A stretch of 64,000 bases of DNA, from positions 141,480-205,479 of the forward strand of contig JASEFU010000002.1 in the NCBI GenBank assembly GCA_030018455.1, given 5' to 3'. The translations under genes were made by a program, and so were the position numbers. A model generated the notes under the pieces. The model searched no databases. It was given only the letters and a program-made list of their open reading frames with translations, and had not been told where the DNA came from. Source of the stretch: Dehalococcoidia bacterium. GTDB lineage: Bacteria > Chloroflexota > Dehalococcoidia > DSTF01 > JALHUB01. Position 1 is the stretch's first letter. Each line of letters starts with the position of its first letter. Positions 38,768 to 48,145 of the stretch are shown here, in pieces.

Positions 38768-39775
38768 ATGACGCGCGAGACGCTGCATATCAGAGCGCCG
38801 GAGTTCCCGCCGGGCGCTACTTGGCTCCAGGGCGGGCCTTTGAGCATGACGGAACTTCGCGGCCGGCCCGTCCTGATCGATTTCTGGGACTACACCTGCA
38901 TAAATTGCATCCGCACTCTGCCCTACCTGAGGGAGTGGCATAACCGCTATGCTCCGATGGGGCTCACGATCGTTGGGGTGCACTCTCCTGAGTTCAGCTT
39001 CGCGCGACAACGCGGCAACGTGGCCAGAGCGGTGCGGGAGATGGGGATCGAGTACGCAGTGGTGCTGGACAACGACTACCAGATATGGCAGGCCTACACC
39101 AACCGCTACTGGCCGGCGAAGTACCTGATCGATAAGGACGGCTACATCCGGTTCTACCACTTCGGCGAGGGGGCATACGCTCAGACGGAGGAGAACCTGC
39201 AGGCGCTGCTCCTGGAAGCGTCGCCGGGACTGGAGCTGCCGGAGGTGATGGCGCCGGTGCGCCCGGAAGACGGGCCGGGAGCCGTCTGCTACCGGGTTAC
39301 GCCGGAGCTGTACCTGGGGTACGAGCGCGGGCGCATCGGCAACGTAACCGACCTGCAGGCAGACCGTCCGTCGCGTTACCGCGACGCCGGGCGCCACGTG
39401 GAAGGCTTCGCCTACCTGGACGGTGACTGGCTTCTGGCGAGCGAAAGCCTGGAACGCCCCCCGGGGTCAGAGGGCCGGAGCAAGCTGACCATGCGCTACA
39501 TGGCGAAAGAGGCAAACCTGGTCATGCATCCGCCGCCGGCGCCGCCCGGCGAGGTGGAGCTGTTGCAGGACGGCAACCCGCTGTCGGAGATGGCAGCGGG
39601 GCCGGACGTGCAGCGCGAAGGCGGTCGCACGTTTGTGGTGGTAGACGAGCCGCGGATGTATGAGCTGGTGAAGAACGATGACATCGGCGCGCACGAGCTT
39701 ACGCTCGTCACCGAGAGCGACGGCATCCGTCTGTTCGCCTTTACGTTCGTGAGTTGCATGGCTGAGGCCGCGTAG
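38768..39775 (+). CDS. Thioredoxin-fold redoxin (TlpA/AhpC-TSA-like, CINC active site) with C-terminal extension
   Basis: PVLIDFWDYTCINCIRTLPYL...GVHSPEF; GAGAGG SD before ATG 38768. Confidence 0.7.
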   Translation: MTRETLHIRAPEFPPGATWLQGGPLSMTELRGRPVLIDFWDYTCINCIRTLPYLREWHNRYAPMGLTIVGVHSPEFSFARQRGNVARAVREMGIEYAVVLDNDYQIWQAYTNRYWPAKYLIDKDGYIRFYHFGEGAYAQTEENLQALLLEASPGLELPEVMAPVRPEDGPGAVCYRVTPELYLGYERGRIGNVTDLQADRPSRYRDAGRHVEGFAYLDGDWLLASESLERPPGSEGRSKLTMRYMAKEANLVMHPPPAPPGEVELLQDGNPLSEMAAGPDVQREGGRTFVVVDEPRMYELVKNDDIGAHELTLVTESDGIRLFAFTFVSCMAEAA

Positions 39776-39871
39776 CGCGCGGGGACTCCCGGGCGCCACT
39801 TCCGAGCAGGCTTGCCCCGGCCGCGAACAGGACGCCTGCGCTGCTGCCGGCCGCCGCGCGTCAGTGCCCCA

Positions 39872-40762
39872 TCATGCCTGATCCCTGAAGATGGCGACGC
39901 CGTTCTTGACTGCCGGCTCGCCGCGGGCGTTCAGTACCTCGAAGAACGCCGTTTCGCATCCATCCTGCGACGCCGATACTTTTTCGCAGACGACGCGGAT
40001 TGCGCTGCCGGGGATTACCATTGCCCGGAACTGTCCCGCCAGGCGCGCCAGCCGCGCCGGATCACCGCCCGCGACACGGTTAACGAGCTCGCGCGCCGCC
40101 AGCGCCATCGTCAGGCTTCCCTGCACGATGATGTCAGGCAGCCCTGCCGCCAGCGCGAAGCGACGCTCGGTGTGGATAGGGTTCCAGATGTCGGCGCACT
40201 CGGTGTAGACGTGGGTCGCCTCTCTTGCGATGGCGATCTCCGCCGTCCAACCTGTCTCCCCGTCGGCGATGCGCTCCGGCAGCGGCGGCGTCTCCTCCAG
40301 CGTCACCTCTTCGCCGTCGGTGCGCGCGCCGCGAATGATCGCGCCGTCGTCCACCGTCGCCACCAGCGCGCCCGCCGCATCTCGCATCTGATAGCGGGTA
40401 AGGAGGTAGACCCCCGGTGGTATCTGGCGCACCGCTATCCGCCTGCCCTGCACCGTGAGCGTATCGCCGGCGCGTATCGCTCTCTCCCAACGGAGATCGG
40501 TGGCGGCATGGACGCCGCGTATCGGGGGAGCTGTGCCCTGGTACACGCCCGGCATGTTGCGGCTGTTCCACTGCAACGAGTAGACGAGGCAGGGCGGCGC
40601 AAGAACGCCCTCGGGGGCATCGTCATTGAAATAGCGGGGGTTAAAGTCGCCAACGCCGGCCGCGTACGCCTGCGCCACGCGCACCGTGATCTCGTACGTG
40701 CGCGCCACCGTCAGGCACCCCGCGGATGCCGTCGGCACAACCCACTCATTGCCGGGCTCCAT
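39872..40762 (-). CDS. MaoC-like/double hot-dog fold dehydratase
   Basis: Two hot-dog halves (N-terminal FAS1-DH-like, C-terminal MaoC-like). Confidence 0.65.
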   Translation of the reverse strand: MEPGNEWVVPTASAGCLTVARTYEITVRVAQAYAAGVGDFNPRYFNDDAPEGVLAPPCLVYSLQWNSRNMPGVYQGTAPPIRGVHAATDLRWERAIRAGDTLTVQGRRIAVRQIPPGVYLLTRYQMRDAAGALVATVDDGAIIRGARTDGEEVTLEETPPLPERIADGETGWTAEIAIAREATHVYTECADIWNPIHTERRFALAAGLPDIIVQGSLTMALAARELVNRVAGGDPARLARLAGQFRAMVIPGSAIRVVCEKVSASQDGCETAFFEVLNARGEPAVKNGVAIFRDQA

Positions 40763-40950
40763 TCCTGTATTGCCCCGTTTCCAGTGCGAACAATGCAAAG
40801 GTCTGCAGAAGAAGCCGCTGTCGGCGGCAATAACCTAGCACGGCGTCGAGAACGTGTCCAGCGATGCCGCGTCGGGCGGCGGCGCCAGCGGGCCACGCGA
40901 CCGGGCGCGTCGAGGGTAAGGCCGGCTTGGGAGGCGTTAAGCGGCCGCGG

Positions 40951-42303
40951 CTACTCGCAGGGCCTGAGGCTTACGTTGACGATCTCCTCGTCTCCGTCGG
41001 CCGTGAGGTGCCTTGAGAGCGACCCCGTCACCTTCGCCTCCAGGATGGCGGGATCGGTTTCCCCGTCCACGCGGGCACGCAGCAGGGCCCACGACGTCCC
41101 GCGCTCCTGCACCCGCAGCTCCCGCAGGTCGCGCACACCTTCGAGGGCGTCCAGCACCTCCGCCGTGTCGAGCGGACCCTGCGCCTTCTCGACCCGCAGC
41201 TCAATCGATTGGAAACCGCCGTTGGAGGAAGGCGCTGGGGCCGGGCCGCCGACCTGCACCAGTTGCAGGCTCGCTTGCAGACGGCTCACCACTGCCGACA
41301 GCTCCTCCATTGCCGGCAAGATGGATGCGAGCGCTTCCTGGCTGCGGGCCGCGGCCAGCTTTATCTGCTCCATCTCACTGATGACGGTGGCGATGCGCCC
41401 GCTGAGCGAGGCTTCCTCCTCCGCCTGTGTGGCCGCGACGGTTTCGCCTCTTGCGGGGATGCTCCACCCTTCTTTGCTTGCGGCTTTCGTCATAACCTCT
41501 CTCCCCTCCTCTTTCAACGACCCGCCGTTTTCTTTGCCCGTCCGGGCATGCATTGGTGACCTTCTGCCCCGGCCCGTCGGCTCGAGGCGTTGGGTCTGCT
41601 GGGGCGGACGCCCCTTGTCGAGCAGGCGCACGCTCGCCCTTAGCTCGGCGAGCGCCGCCTTGTCCAGCGTCTTCCTGTTGCGCAGCACCCTGTCGCACGA
41701 CTCCTGGCCCGCCTCCGACCACAGCCAGTCGACAAGCAGGGCGTCGTGTTTCTCGCCGGCGCGCAGCGCCTTCAGCGCCTGAGGGATGCGCGCTTTCGGG
41801 GCGCCTCGCCAGTCCCGCGTTAGCTCATCGAATTCCTCTGCCAGCGCCAGCACCTGTCCCTCTATGGGCGGTTCCTTGCCGCGCTTTGAAAGCGGCTGGC
41901 TATCGTCATACCCCGGACGCAGCCCGTGCAGGACGTTTGTCGCTATCTGGAGCCAGCGCCACGTCCAGAGCTTCTCTTCCCACAGCGCTGCCTCCTGGCG
42001 TCGCCCCGCGGGTCCCGGCAGCGGGACGGGAGCGACCCGAGACAGCGCCGAGAGGAAGGCAGAGGCGCGTATCGCGGCGGTGTTCCACTCCGACAGGCCG
42101 AGGAACGAGGCCATGTCGTCGCCCAGTTCTGCCACCCGCGAGTAGCGCTCCCAGGCGGCGGGCTCCTGATCGTAAAAGGTGACGCACAGCTTCTGAAGCC
42201 AGCGGACGTCGCGGGACGGCTTGAGACGCCACTGCTGAAGGAGCAAGGCAAGCCTGGCTACCGGGTCGTCGACTGTTGGGGCGGCTCGTTGTTCAGCGAC
42301 CAT
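40951..42303 (-). CDS. Hypothetical protein (possible N-terminal HDOD-like domain + coiled-coil C-terminus)
   Basis: 450 aa ORF with consistent GC3; no confident family. Confidence 0.45.
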   Translation of the reverse strand: MVAEQRAAPTVDDPVARLALLLQQWRLKPSRDVRWLQKLCVTFYDQEPAAWERYSRVAELGDDMASFLGLSEWNTAAIRASAFLSALSRVAPVPLPGPAGRRQEAALWEEKLWTWRWLQIATNVLHGLRPGYDDSQPLSKRGKEPPIEGQVLALAEEFDELTRDWRGAPKARIPQALKALRAGEKHDALLVDWLWSEAGQESCDRVLRNRKTLDKAALAELRASVRLLDKGRPPQQTQRLEPTGRGRRSPMHARTGKENGGSLKEEGREVMTKAASKEGWSIPARGETVAATQAEEEASLSGRIATVISEMEQIKLAAARSQEALASILPAMEELSAVVSRLQASLQLVQVGGPAPAPSSNGGFQSIELRVEKAQGPLDTAEVLDALEGVRDLRELRVQERGTSWALLRARVDGETDPAILEAKVTGSLSRHLTADGDEEIVNVSLRPCE

Positions 42304-42470
42304 CCACAGAGTCTCCTCTCCCCATTTACCTCTTATACAATCGGCAATAGGGCCGGATCGTGAACGGGCCGCGCTCTGGAGCGAGGCGGGCAGCCGGTGT
42401 TAGCATAATGCCGCTGGACCAGCAGGGACTATCCGTTTCCGGGTCGAGGCAACAGAAGGCGAGGAACGAG

Positions 42471-43424
42471 ATGACCACCGTCCGTACAGTGAAAGGCCCC
42501 CTGGACGCCAGCGAGTTGGGGAGCGCCCTGACCCACGAGCACATCGTCACCGGCTCCGCGGGCATGGAACGCTACCCCGGCCTCTTCAACGCGAAGGAAG
42601 CGGTCGAGTGGGGCATCGAGGCGCTGTCGCAGGCCAAGCGGGACGGCATCGATACGGTGATCGACGTGACGACGGTTGACCTTGGCCGCCAGATAGACAT
42701 AATCCAGCAGGTGGCGGAGAGGTCGCCGGTGAACGTCATCGCCTGCACGGGCGTCTATCGCTGGGTGCCGCCGCCCCTCTGGGGCTTCGATCCCGACGGC
42801 CTGGCTGAGCTCTTCTTGCGTGAGATCGAGGACGGCATCGAGGGGACGGACGTGCGGGCGGGCATTATAAAGATCGCCTGGGACGAGGAAGCGCTCGCCC
42901 CGTTGCTGCGCCCGCGGTTCGAGACGATTGCTCGCGCGGCCGCCCGCGCCTCGAAGAAGGGGGGCGTGCCCATCTCCTGCCACACGCTTGCCGCCGCCCG
43001 CCTCGGCGAGCCGCTGCTCGACATCCTCGAGGAGGAAGGGGTTGCGCCGGGCGCAGTCTACCTGGGTCACAGCAACGATACGAGCGATCTCGACTACCTA
43101 CTGGGGCTGGCGAAGCGCGGCGCCGTTTTGGGAATGGACCGCTACTTCGCGGGAGTCGTCCCGTCCTGGCGCGAGCGCTCCGCCTGCGTCAAGGCGCTGG
43201 TCGAGGCCGGCTACGGAGAGCAGGTCTGCCTCTCGCACGACCACGCGGCCTACGGCCTGTGGGCATCGCCGCCCAACCGCGACCCATCCACGTACTCGTT
43301 CGTCCCTGCGCGCGTCCTGCCGTGGCTGAGGGAGAACGGCCTCACGGAGGACCAGATTGAGGGGATTATGGTGCGGGCGCCGCGGCGCATGTTCGAGGAG
43401 GCGGCGTCGCAGCTTTCGAGATAA
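42471..43424 (+). CDS. Phosphotriesterase (PTE)-family / PTE-like lactonase, amidohydrolase superfamily
   Basis: TVKGPLDASELGSALTHEHI... start motif of PTE family; 317 aa. Confidence 0.85.
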   Translation: MTTVRTVKGPLDASELGSALTHEHIVTGSAGMERYPGLFNAKEAVEWGIEALSQAKRDGIDTVIDVTTVDLGRQIDIIQQVAERSPVNVIACTGVYRWVPPPLWGFDPDGLAELFLREIEDGIEGTDVRAGIIKIAWDEEALAPLLRPRFETIARAAARASKKGGVPISCHTLAAARLGEPLLDILEEEGVAPGAVYLGHSNDTSDLDYLLGLAKRGAVLGMDRYFAGVVPSWRERSACVKALVEAGYGEQVCLSHDHAAYGLWASPPNRDPSTYSFVPARVLPWLRENGLTEDQIEGIMVRAPRRMFEEAASQLSR

Positions 43425-43442
43425 GACTGGAGGAGGGACGGG

Positions 43443-44615
43443 ATGATTGACGACAAGTACCTTGCGTCGCGACCGGAGGAGGTGGGGATCGATAGCGAGA
43501 AGCTGGAGAAGGTGTTCGCCCGCGCCAAACGCGACGTCGACCAGGGGGTGCTGCCGAGCGCCCAGGTCGCGGTCGCGCGGCGGGGGAAAGTGGCCGGCGT
43601 CCGCACCTTCGGCAGCGCTGTCCAGGGCGGCGCGGAGAAGCCGGCGACCAACGAGACGCTGTACTGCATCTTTTCCTGCACGAAGGCGATGGTGGCCGCC
43701 GCCGTCTGGAAACTGCTCGAGGAGGAGCTGCTGCGGCTCGACGAGCGCGTGGCCGACATAATACCGGAGTTCGGGACGAACGGGAAGGACGTGATAAGGG
43801 TCGAGCACGTGCTCCTGCACATCGCCGGCTTCCCGTACGCGCAGTACATTCCCACCTGGCCCGATGACCGCTCGCGTCTCCTCAAGGCGTTCGCGGAGTG
43901 GAAGCTGGAGTGGGAGCCGGGAAGCCGCTGGGAGTACCACCCCACGTCGGCGCATTGGGTCCTCTCGGAGATTATCGAGCGCCGCACCGGCGTCGACTAT
44001 CGCGCCTTCATCCGCGAGCACATCCTCGATCCTGCGGGGGCGCGCGAGTTGTTTATCGGCCTGCCGCCGGAGCACGACGGGCGCGTGGCGGACGTGATGC
44101 ACGTCGGCGAGCCGGTGCCGCCGCCCGGCGGGTGGCGCGGCGTGACGCCCGACGCCATTCTCTCCTTCAACCGGCCGGAGGCGCGGCGGGTGGGCATCCC
44201 CGGCGGCGGCGGCATCGCCAGCGCGGCCGAGCTTGCCCTCTTCTACCAGCCGCTGGTCAACGGCGGCGAGACGGTCGACGGCAAGCGTCTGCTCAAGCCG
44301 GAGACGATCGAGTTCGCGACAACGGTGCGGACCACGGACCGACACCGCGACCCGGTGACGGACGTGCCGGTGAACCGCGGCCTCAGCATAATCGTCGGCG
44401 GCAGCGACGGGAACGCGTACCTGCGCGGCTTCGGACGGGTGGGCTGCGAGCGCGCTTTCGGGCACGGCGGCGCCGGCGGCCAGGTCGCTTGGGGCGACCC
44501 GGAGACGGGGATATCGGTGGGTTATTGCACGAACGGCTTCGTCGACTGGATGACGCAGGGGCGGCGCGTCACGGCGATATCCAGCCTTGCGGCCTCCTGC
44601 GCCGTCGAGGGCTGA
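43443..44615 (+). CDS. Serine hydrolase, beta-lactamase/esterase (class C-like) family
   Basis: S-x-x-K (SCTK) motif, 390 aa. Confidence 0.85.
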   Translation: MIDDKYLASRPEEVGIDSEKLEKVFARAKRDVDQGVLPSAQVAVARRGKVAGVRTFGSAVQGGAEKPATNETLYCIFSCTKAMVAAAVWKLLEEELLRLDERVADIIPEFGTNGKDVIRVEHVLLHIAGFPYAQYIPTWPDDRSRLLKAFAEWKLEWEPGSRWEYHPTSAHWVLSEIIERRTGVDYRAFIREHILDPAGARELFIGLPPEHDGRVADVMHVGEPVPPPGGWRGVTPDAILSFNRPEARRVGIPGGGGIASAAELALFYQPLVNGGETVDGKRLLKPETIEFATTVRTTDRHRDPVTDVPVNRGLSIIVGGSDGNAYLRGFGRVGCERAFGHGGAGGQVAWGDPETGISVGYCTNGFVDWMTQGRRVTAISSLAASCAVEG

Positions 44616-44676
44616 GCCGCGCTATCGGGGAAAGGAGAGAGACCAAGCCCCTCGGCCGGGGAAAGGAGAGGAGCAC

Positions 44677-45540
44677 GTGGAGAAGGTGATCATCAGCGCC
44701 GCGCTGGCCGGGGCCGCCACGCGAAAAGAGCAGAACCCCGCGGTCCCGTATACGCCTCAGGAGTTCGCGGAAGAGTCCTACAAATGCTGGAAGGCCGGCG
44801 CGGCCATCGTCCACATTCATGTCCGGGACCCGAAGACCGGCGCTCCCACCGCCGACATCCCGCAGATCCGGGAGACGATCGACGCCATTCGCAACCGCTG
44901 CCCTGAGCTGATCATCAACATGAGTTCGGCCATCGGGGCGTGGGGAATCACGCCGGAGCAGCGGATCGCTCCGATCGTGGAAATGAAGCCGGAGATGGCC
45001 TCTCTCAACACCAACTCCATGAACTTCGCCATTGCCGATCACAAGACCGGGAAGATTTACGGCGAGAGCATCTTCGAGAACACCTTCAAGATGCTCGTCG
45101 ATTTCGCCGTCGCCATGAGGGAAAACGGCGTCAAGCCGGAATGCGAAGCGTACGATTTCGGGGGCATCTACAACGTACTTCTGGTCAGGAAGCAGGGGAT
45201 CTTCGTCGAGCCCCTGCACTTCCAGCTCGTCTTCGGAGTCGCGGGCGGCGTCCCCTTTTCCCCCATGAACATGGTCCACATGCAGAGCCTCTTGCCCGAG
45301 GGAGCGACCTGGTCCACGTGCGGCGTCGGTCCCAATCAGTTCCCCGCCGCGATCATGGCGTCCATCATGGGTGGTCACATCCGGGTGGGACTGGAGGACA
45401 ACATCCGCGTCCCCGGGGGGAGGCTGGCGAAGGGCAGTTGGGAGCAGGTGGAAGTGGCAAGGCGGATCGCTGAGCTGGCCGAGCGCGAGATCGCCAGCAC
45501 CGATGAGACAAGGGAGATGCTGGGCCTCAGGCGTCGGTGA
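44677..45540 (+). CDS. 3-keto-5-aminohexanoate cleavage enzyme family (BKACE/DUF849)
   Basis: VIISAALAGA...YTPQEFAEESYKCWKAGAAIVHIHVRDPKTG; GTG start with AAAGGAGAGGAG SD. Confidence 0.85.
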   Translation: MEKVIISAALAGAATRKEQNPAVPYTPQEFAEESYKCWKAGAAIVHIHVRDPKTGAPTADIPQIRETIDAIRNRCPELIINMSSAIGAWGITPEQRIAPIVEMKPEMASLNTNSMNFAIADHKTGKIYGESIFENTFKMLVDFAVAMRENGVKPECEAYDFGGIYNVLLVRKQGIFVEPLHFQLVFGVAGGVPFSPMNMVHMQSLLPEGATWSTCGVGPNQFPAAIMASIMGGHIRVGLEDNIRVPGGRLAKGSWEQVEVARRIAELAEREIASTDETREMLGLRRR

Positions 45541-45614
45541 GAGGATTCTCTGCAGCGGGAACGCCTGTCGTCGACGGCATCGTCACGCACTTGTAGTATC
45601 GAAGGAGGACCGCG

Positions 45615-46463
45615 ATGAAAGCGCCGCGCGAATGGGAAACCGGGCTCGTGGAGGTGGCCGACGGTGTCTTCGCTTACGTCCAGGCGACGGGCGGCTACTG
45701 CATCAGCAACGCCGGCCTGATCCTGGGGGACGACGACGCGCTTATCGTCGATACCCTTTTCACCCCGTCGATGAACCGCGCTTTCCGGGCCGCCGTCCGC
45801 CGCGTTACAAAGAAGGCGCCGCGGCAACTCGTCCTTACTCACCACCATATCGACCACACGCTCGGCAACTGCCTCTATCCGGAGTGCCGCATCATCTCCC
45901 ACGCGAAAGCGCGCGTCGAAATCGAGCGCTTCGGGCTGCCCGACTACTTTCTGCAGATGGTGCCGCAGTTCTGTGACGAGATCCGCGACGTTCCGGTGCG
46001 TCTTCCCGATGTCACGTTCGAGGGGTCGATGACGTTCCACCTCGGCGGGCGGCGCGTCGAGCTGCTGCACTTCGGGACGGCGCACACGGTCGGGGACATC
46101 GCCGTCTGGTTGCCGGAGGAGCGCGTCCTCTTTGCCGGCGACCTCGCGTTCTTCTGGGTCACGCCCGTCGCCTTCGAGGGGCACATCAGCAAGTGGATTC
46201 GCGTCATCGACCGCCTGCTGGAGATGGAGATCGACGCCGTCGTTCCCGGGCACGGCCCCGTGGGCGGCCTCGACGACCTGCGTTCGGTGCGCCGGTACCT
46301 GGCGCTGGTGCGGCGACAGGCGCGGCGGGCGTATAACCGGGGCCTTGATGAGCGGGAGGCGGCGCAGGGGCTGCGCCTGGGCGAATTCGCGTCGTGGGGC
46401 GAGCCGGAGCGGGCGCGGGTTAACATCCACCGGCTGTACAGCGAATTCCGCCACGAAATCTAG
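45615..46463 (+). CDS. MBL-fold metallo-hydrolase
   Basis: LTHHHIDHTLGN (HxHxDH), 282 aa. Confidence 0.85.
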   Translation: MKAPREWETGLVEVADGVFAYVQATGGYCISNAGLILGDDDALIVDTLFTPSMNRAFRAAVRRVTKKAPRQLVLTHHHIDHTLGNCLYPECRIISHAKARVEIERFGLPDYFLQMVPQFCDEIRDVPVRLPDVTFEGSMTFHLGGRRVELLHFGTAHTVGDIAVWLPEERVLFAGDLAFFWVTPVAFEGHISKWIRVIDRLLEMEIDAVVPGHGPVGGLDDLRSVRRYLALVRRQARRAYNRGLDEREAAQGLRLGEFASWGEPERARVNIHRLYSEFRHEI

Positions 46464-46486
46464 TCCCCGGCCTCGAGGGACGGACA

Positions 46487-47359
46487 ATGGAACGAAGAGT
46501 CGAGTACTATTCGCAGGGGGCGCGCATCAGCGCCGTCCTCTACACGCCGGACGGCGCGCCTGCCGGCGAGCGGCTGCCCGCCGTGCTCCTATGCCACGGC
46601 TTTACCGGCATCAAAGAGCTCATCCTCCCCGACTACGCCCGCCGCTTCGCCGCCGCCGGCTACGCCGCCCTCGCCTTCGATTACCGCGGCTTCGGCGAGA
46701 GCGAGGGCGAGCGCGGACGCCTCATCCCCCTGGAGCAAGTGGCCGACATCCGCAACAGCATCACTTTCCTCGAGACGCAGGACGAAGTCGACCCGCAGCG
46801 CATCGCCCTCTGGGGCACGAGCTTCGGCGGCGCGAACGTCATCTACGTCGCCGGCATCGATCCGCGCCCGAAGTGCGTCGTGGCGCAGGTGGGCTTCGGC
46901 GACGGCCGCCGCATGCTCTCGCGCGCGACGCCGGAGCAGCGGGCGCTCGTCGACCAGGTAATCGCCGCCGACCGCCGCCAGCGCGTGCTAACCGGCCACG
47001 GCGCGAAGATCGACCCCTTCCTCGTCTTGAGCGACCCCGATTCCGTTGCCTTCTTCAACGAGGCGTCGAAGGCCCTGCCGCAGCTCAAGACCGAGATAAC
47101 GCTCGAGACGGCGGAGGCGACGCTGGAGTACAGCCCGGAGGAGGTCGTCGAGCGAATCGCGCCGCGCGCCCTGCTGCTCATCGCCGCCGAACGCGACGAG
47201 ACGACACCCGCCGACGAGTTCCGAGCGGTCTACGAGCGGGCGCTGGAGCCGAAGAAGCTCGTCGTCATTGAGGGGATACGCCACTACGAGGTCTATTCAG
47301 GGGACGGCTTCGAGCGCTCCGTGCGCGAGGCGCTGGACTGGTTCGAGCGCTATCTGTAG
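46487..47359 (+). CDS. Alpha/beta hydrolase (dienelactone hydrolase-like)
   Basis: LLCHGFTG...WGTSFGG. Confidence 0.8.
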   Translation: MERRVEYYSQGARISAVLYTPDGAPAGERLPAVLLCHGFTGIKELILPDYARRFAAAGYAALAFDYRGFGESEGERGRLIPLEQVADIRNSITFLETQDEVDPQRIALWGTSFGGANVIYVAGIDPRPKCVVAQVGFGDGRRMLSRATPEQRALVDQVIAADRRQRVLTGHGAKIDPFLVLSDPDSVAFFNEASKALPQLKTEITLETAEATLEYSPEEVVERIAPRALLLIAAERDETTPADEFRAVYERALEPKKLVVIEGIRHYEVYSGDGFERSVREALDWFERYL

Positions 47360-47821
47360 TCAGGCCTGCTCTCTGTGGCCCTTGTGCAGGTCGTGGCCGC
47401 GCCTTTCTTCCACGCGGTGCATCGCGCGGCCCTTATCGGGGTGCGGGTCCAGTATGACGCCGTATATCTCGCGGCCCTCGTGTCCCTCCGGCAGGTGCTC
47501 TGTTATCGGAAGACCTTCCGAATTACAGAACAGCATTCAGTGGCAGTACTTGAAGCGCTGCATCTCCTCGCAGGGACACGACCACACGCTCGACTTCGCC
47601 TCCTCCGCCTTGTCCTCGTAGAAGTTGCAGGGGCAAAGCGGGCGGCCCACCTCGTCGATGTGTTTGGCGAGACCGATTACGAGGTACTCCGTGATCGCGG
47701 GGTCGGGGTGCAGGTAAGCGCCGGCCTTTTCGGCGTAGCGTTCCGCGAACCGTCGCATCTTCTCGACGTTCGCCGCCGACGCCTGCATGCGGTCTTTCTC
47801 CGTCGGGCGCTCGATGGCCAA
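47360..47821 (-). CDS. Ferredoxin-thioredoxin reductase catalytic-subunit-like protein, candidate selenoprotein (UGA 47537-47539 replaces 2nd Cys of CHC motif)
   Basis: PLCPCNFYEDKAEE...WSCPCEEMQRFKYCH-TGA-MLFCNSEG aligns to FTR-C PLCPCRHYEDK...WNCPCVPMRERKECHCMLF; ORF continues 58 codons to TGA 47360-47362. Confidence 0.55.
47506..47521 (-). promoter_or_regulatory. SECIS-like hairpin 15 nt downstream of UGA (UCGGAAG-GU-CUUCCGA; apical GGUC)
   Basis: 6-7-bp stem with GGUC in apex, minus-strand mRNA. Confidence 0.4.
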
Positions 47822-47917
47822 GTGTCTCTCCTTCTGATTCTACCGTCCAGTCTAAAGAACCCTACACGCTCGTTCAACCGATATCGGCTGGCCGGAGTCG
47901 CCGGCAAAAGGGGGAGC

Positions 47918-47970
47918 CCTGAGGGGGAATTGTCCCCCTCAGGCAGGGGTTTCAGGGGATGTGCCCCTGA
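47918..47970. repeat. GC-hairpin repeat locus B: CCTGAGGGGG-AATTGT-CCCCCTCAGG and CAGGGG-ATGTG-CCCCTG
   Basis: Perfect 10-bp and 6-bp stems in divergent intergenic region. Confidence 0.8.
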
Positions 47971-48068
47971 GAGGCAAGACGCTTGTGGGCGGGTGGGTGG
48001 GAAGAAAAGCGTTTATGTTGACGGCCGCGGCAGCGAACACAGCAGGGCGGCGATAGCCTCTCCCACCA

Positions 48069-48096
48069 TTGACCCTCACGTCTGTGAGAGTATACT
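48069..48096 (+). promoter_or_regulatory. Putative promoter TTGACC-16-TATACT with CTCACgtctGTGAG palindrome (48075-48088) in spacer
   Basis: Near-consensus hexamers ~50 nt upstream of SBP gene; perfect 5-4-5 inverted repeat overlapping spacer = candidate operator. Confidence 0.4.
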
Positions 48097-48145
48097 TGCC
48101 CGTAAGTCCGGCCTTTCGAGCAGCGGAAGACAAAGGAGGATTACC

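Noticed and set aside
36992-39397. 801-aa version of the second SBP
   Set aside because: The first 265 codons are spurious upstream extension. A Tat/lipoprotein-type start MRSLSNTRLTRRRLLGG sits at 38602.
39812-41782. 656-aa plus-strand ORF
   Set aside because: Antisense to MaoC-like and hypothetical genes. Low-complexity Arg/Ala/Ser composition.
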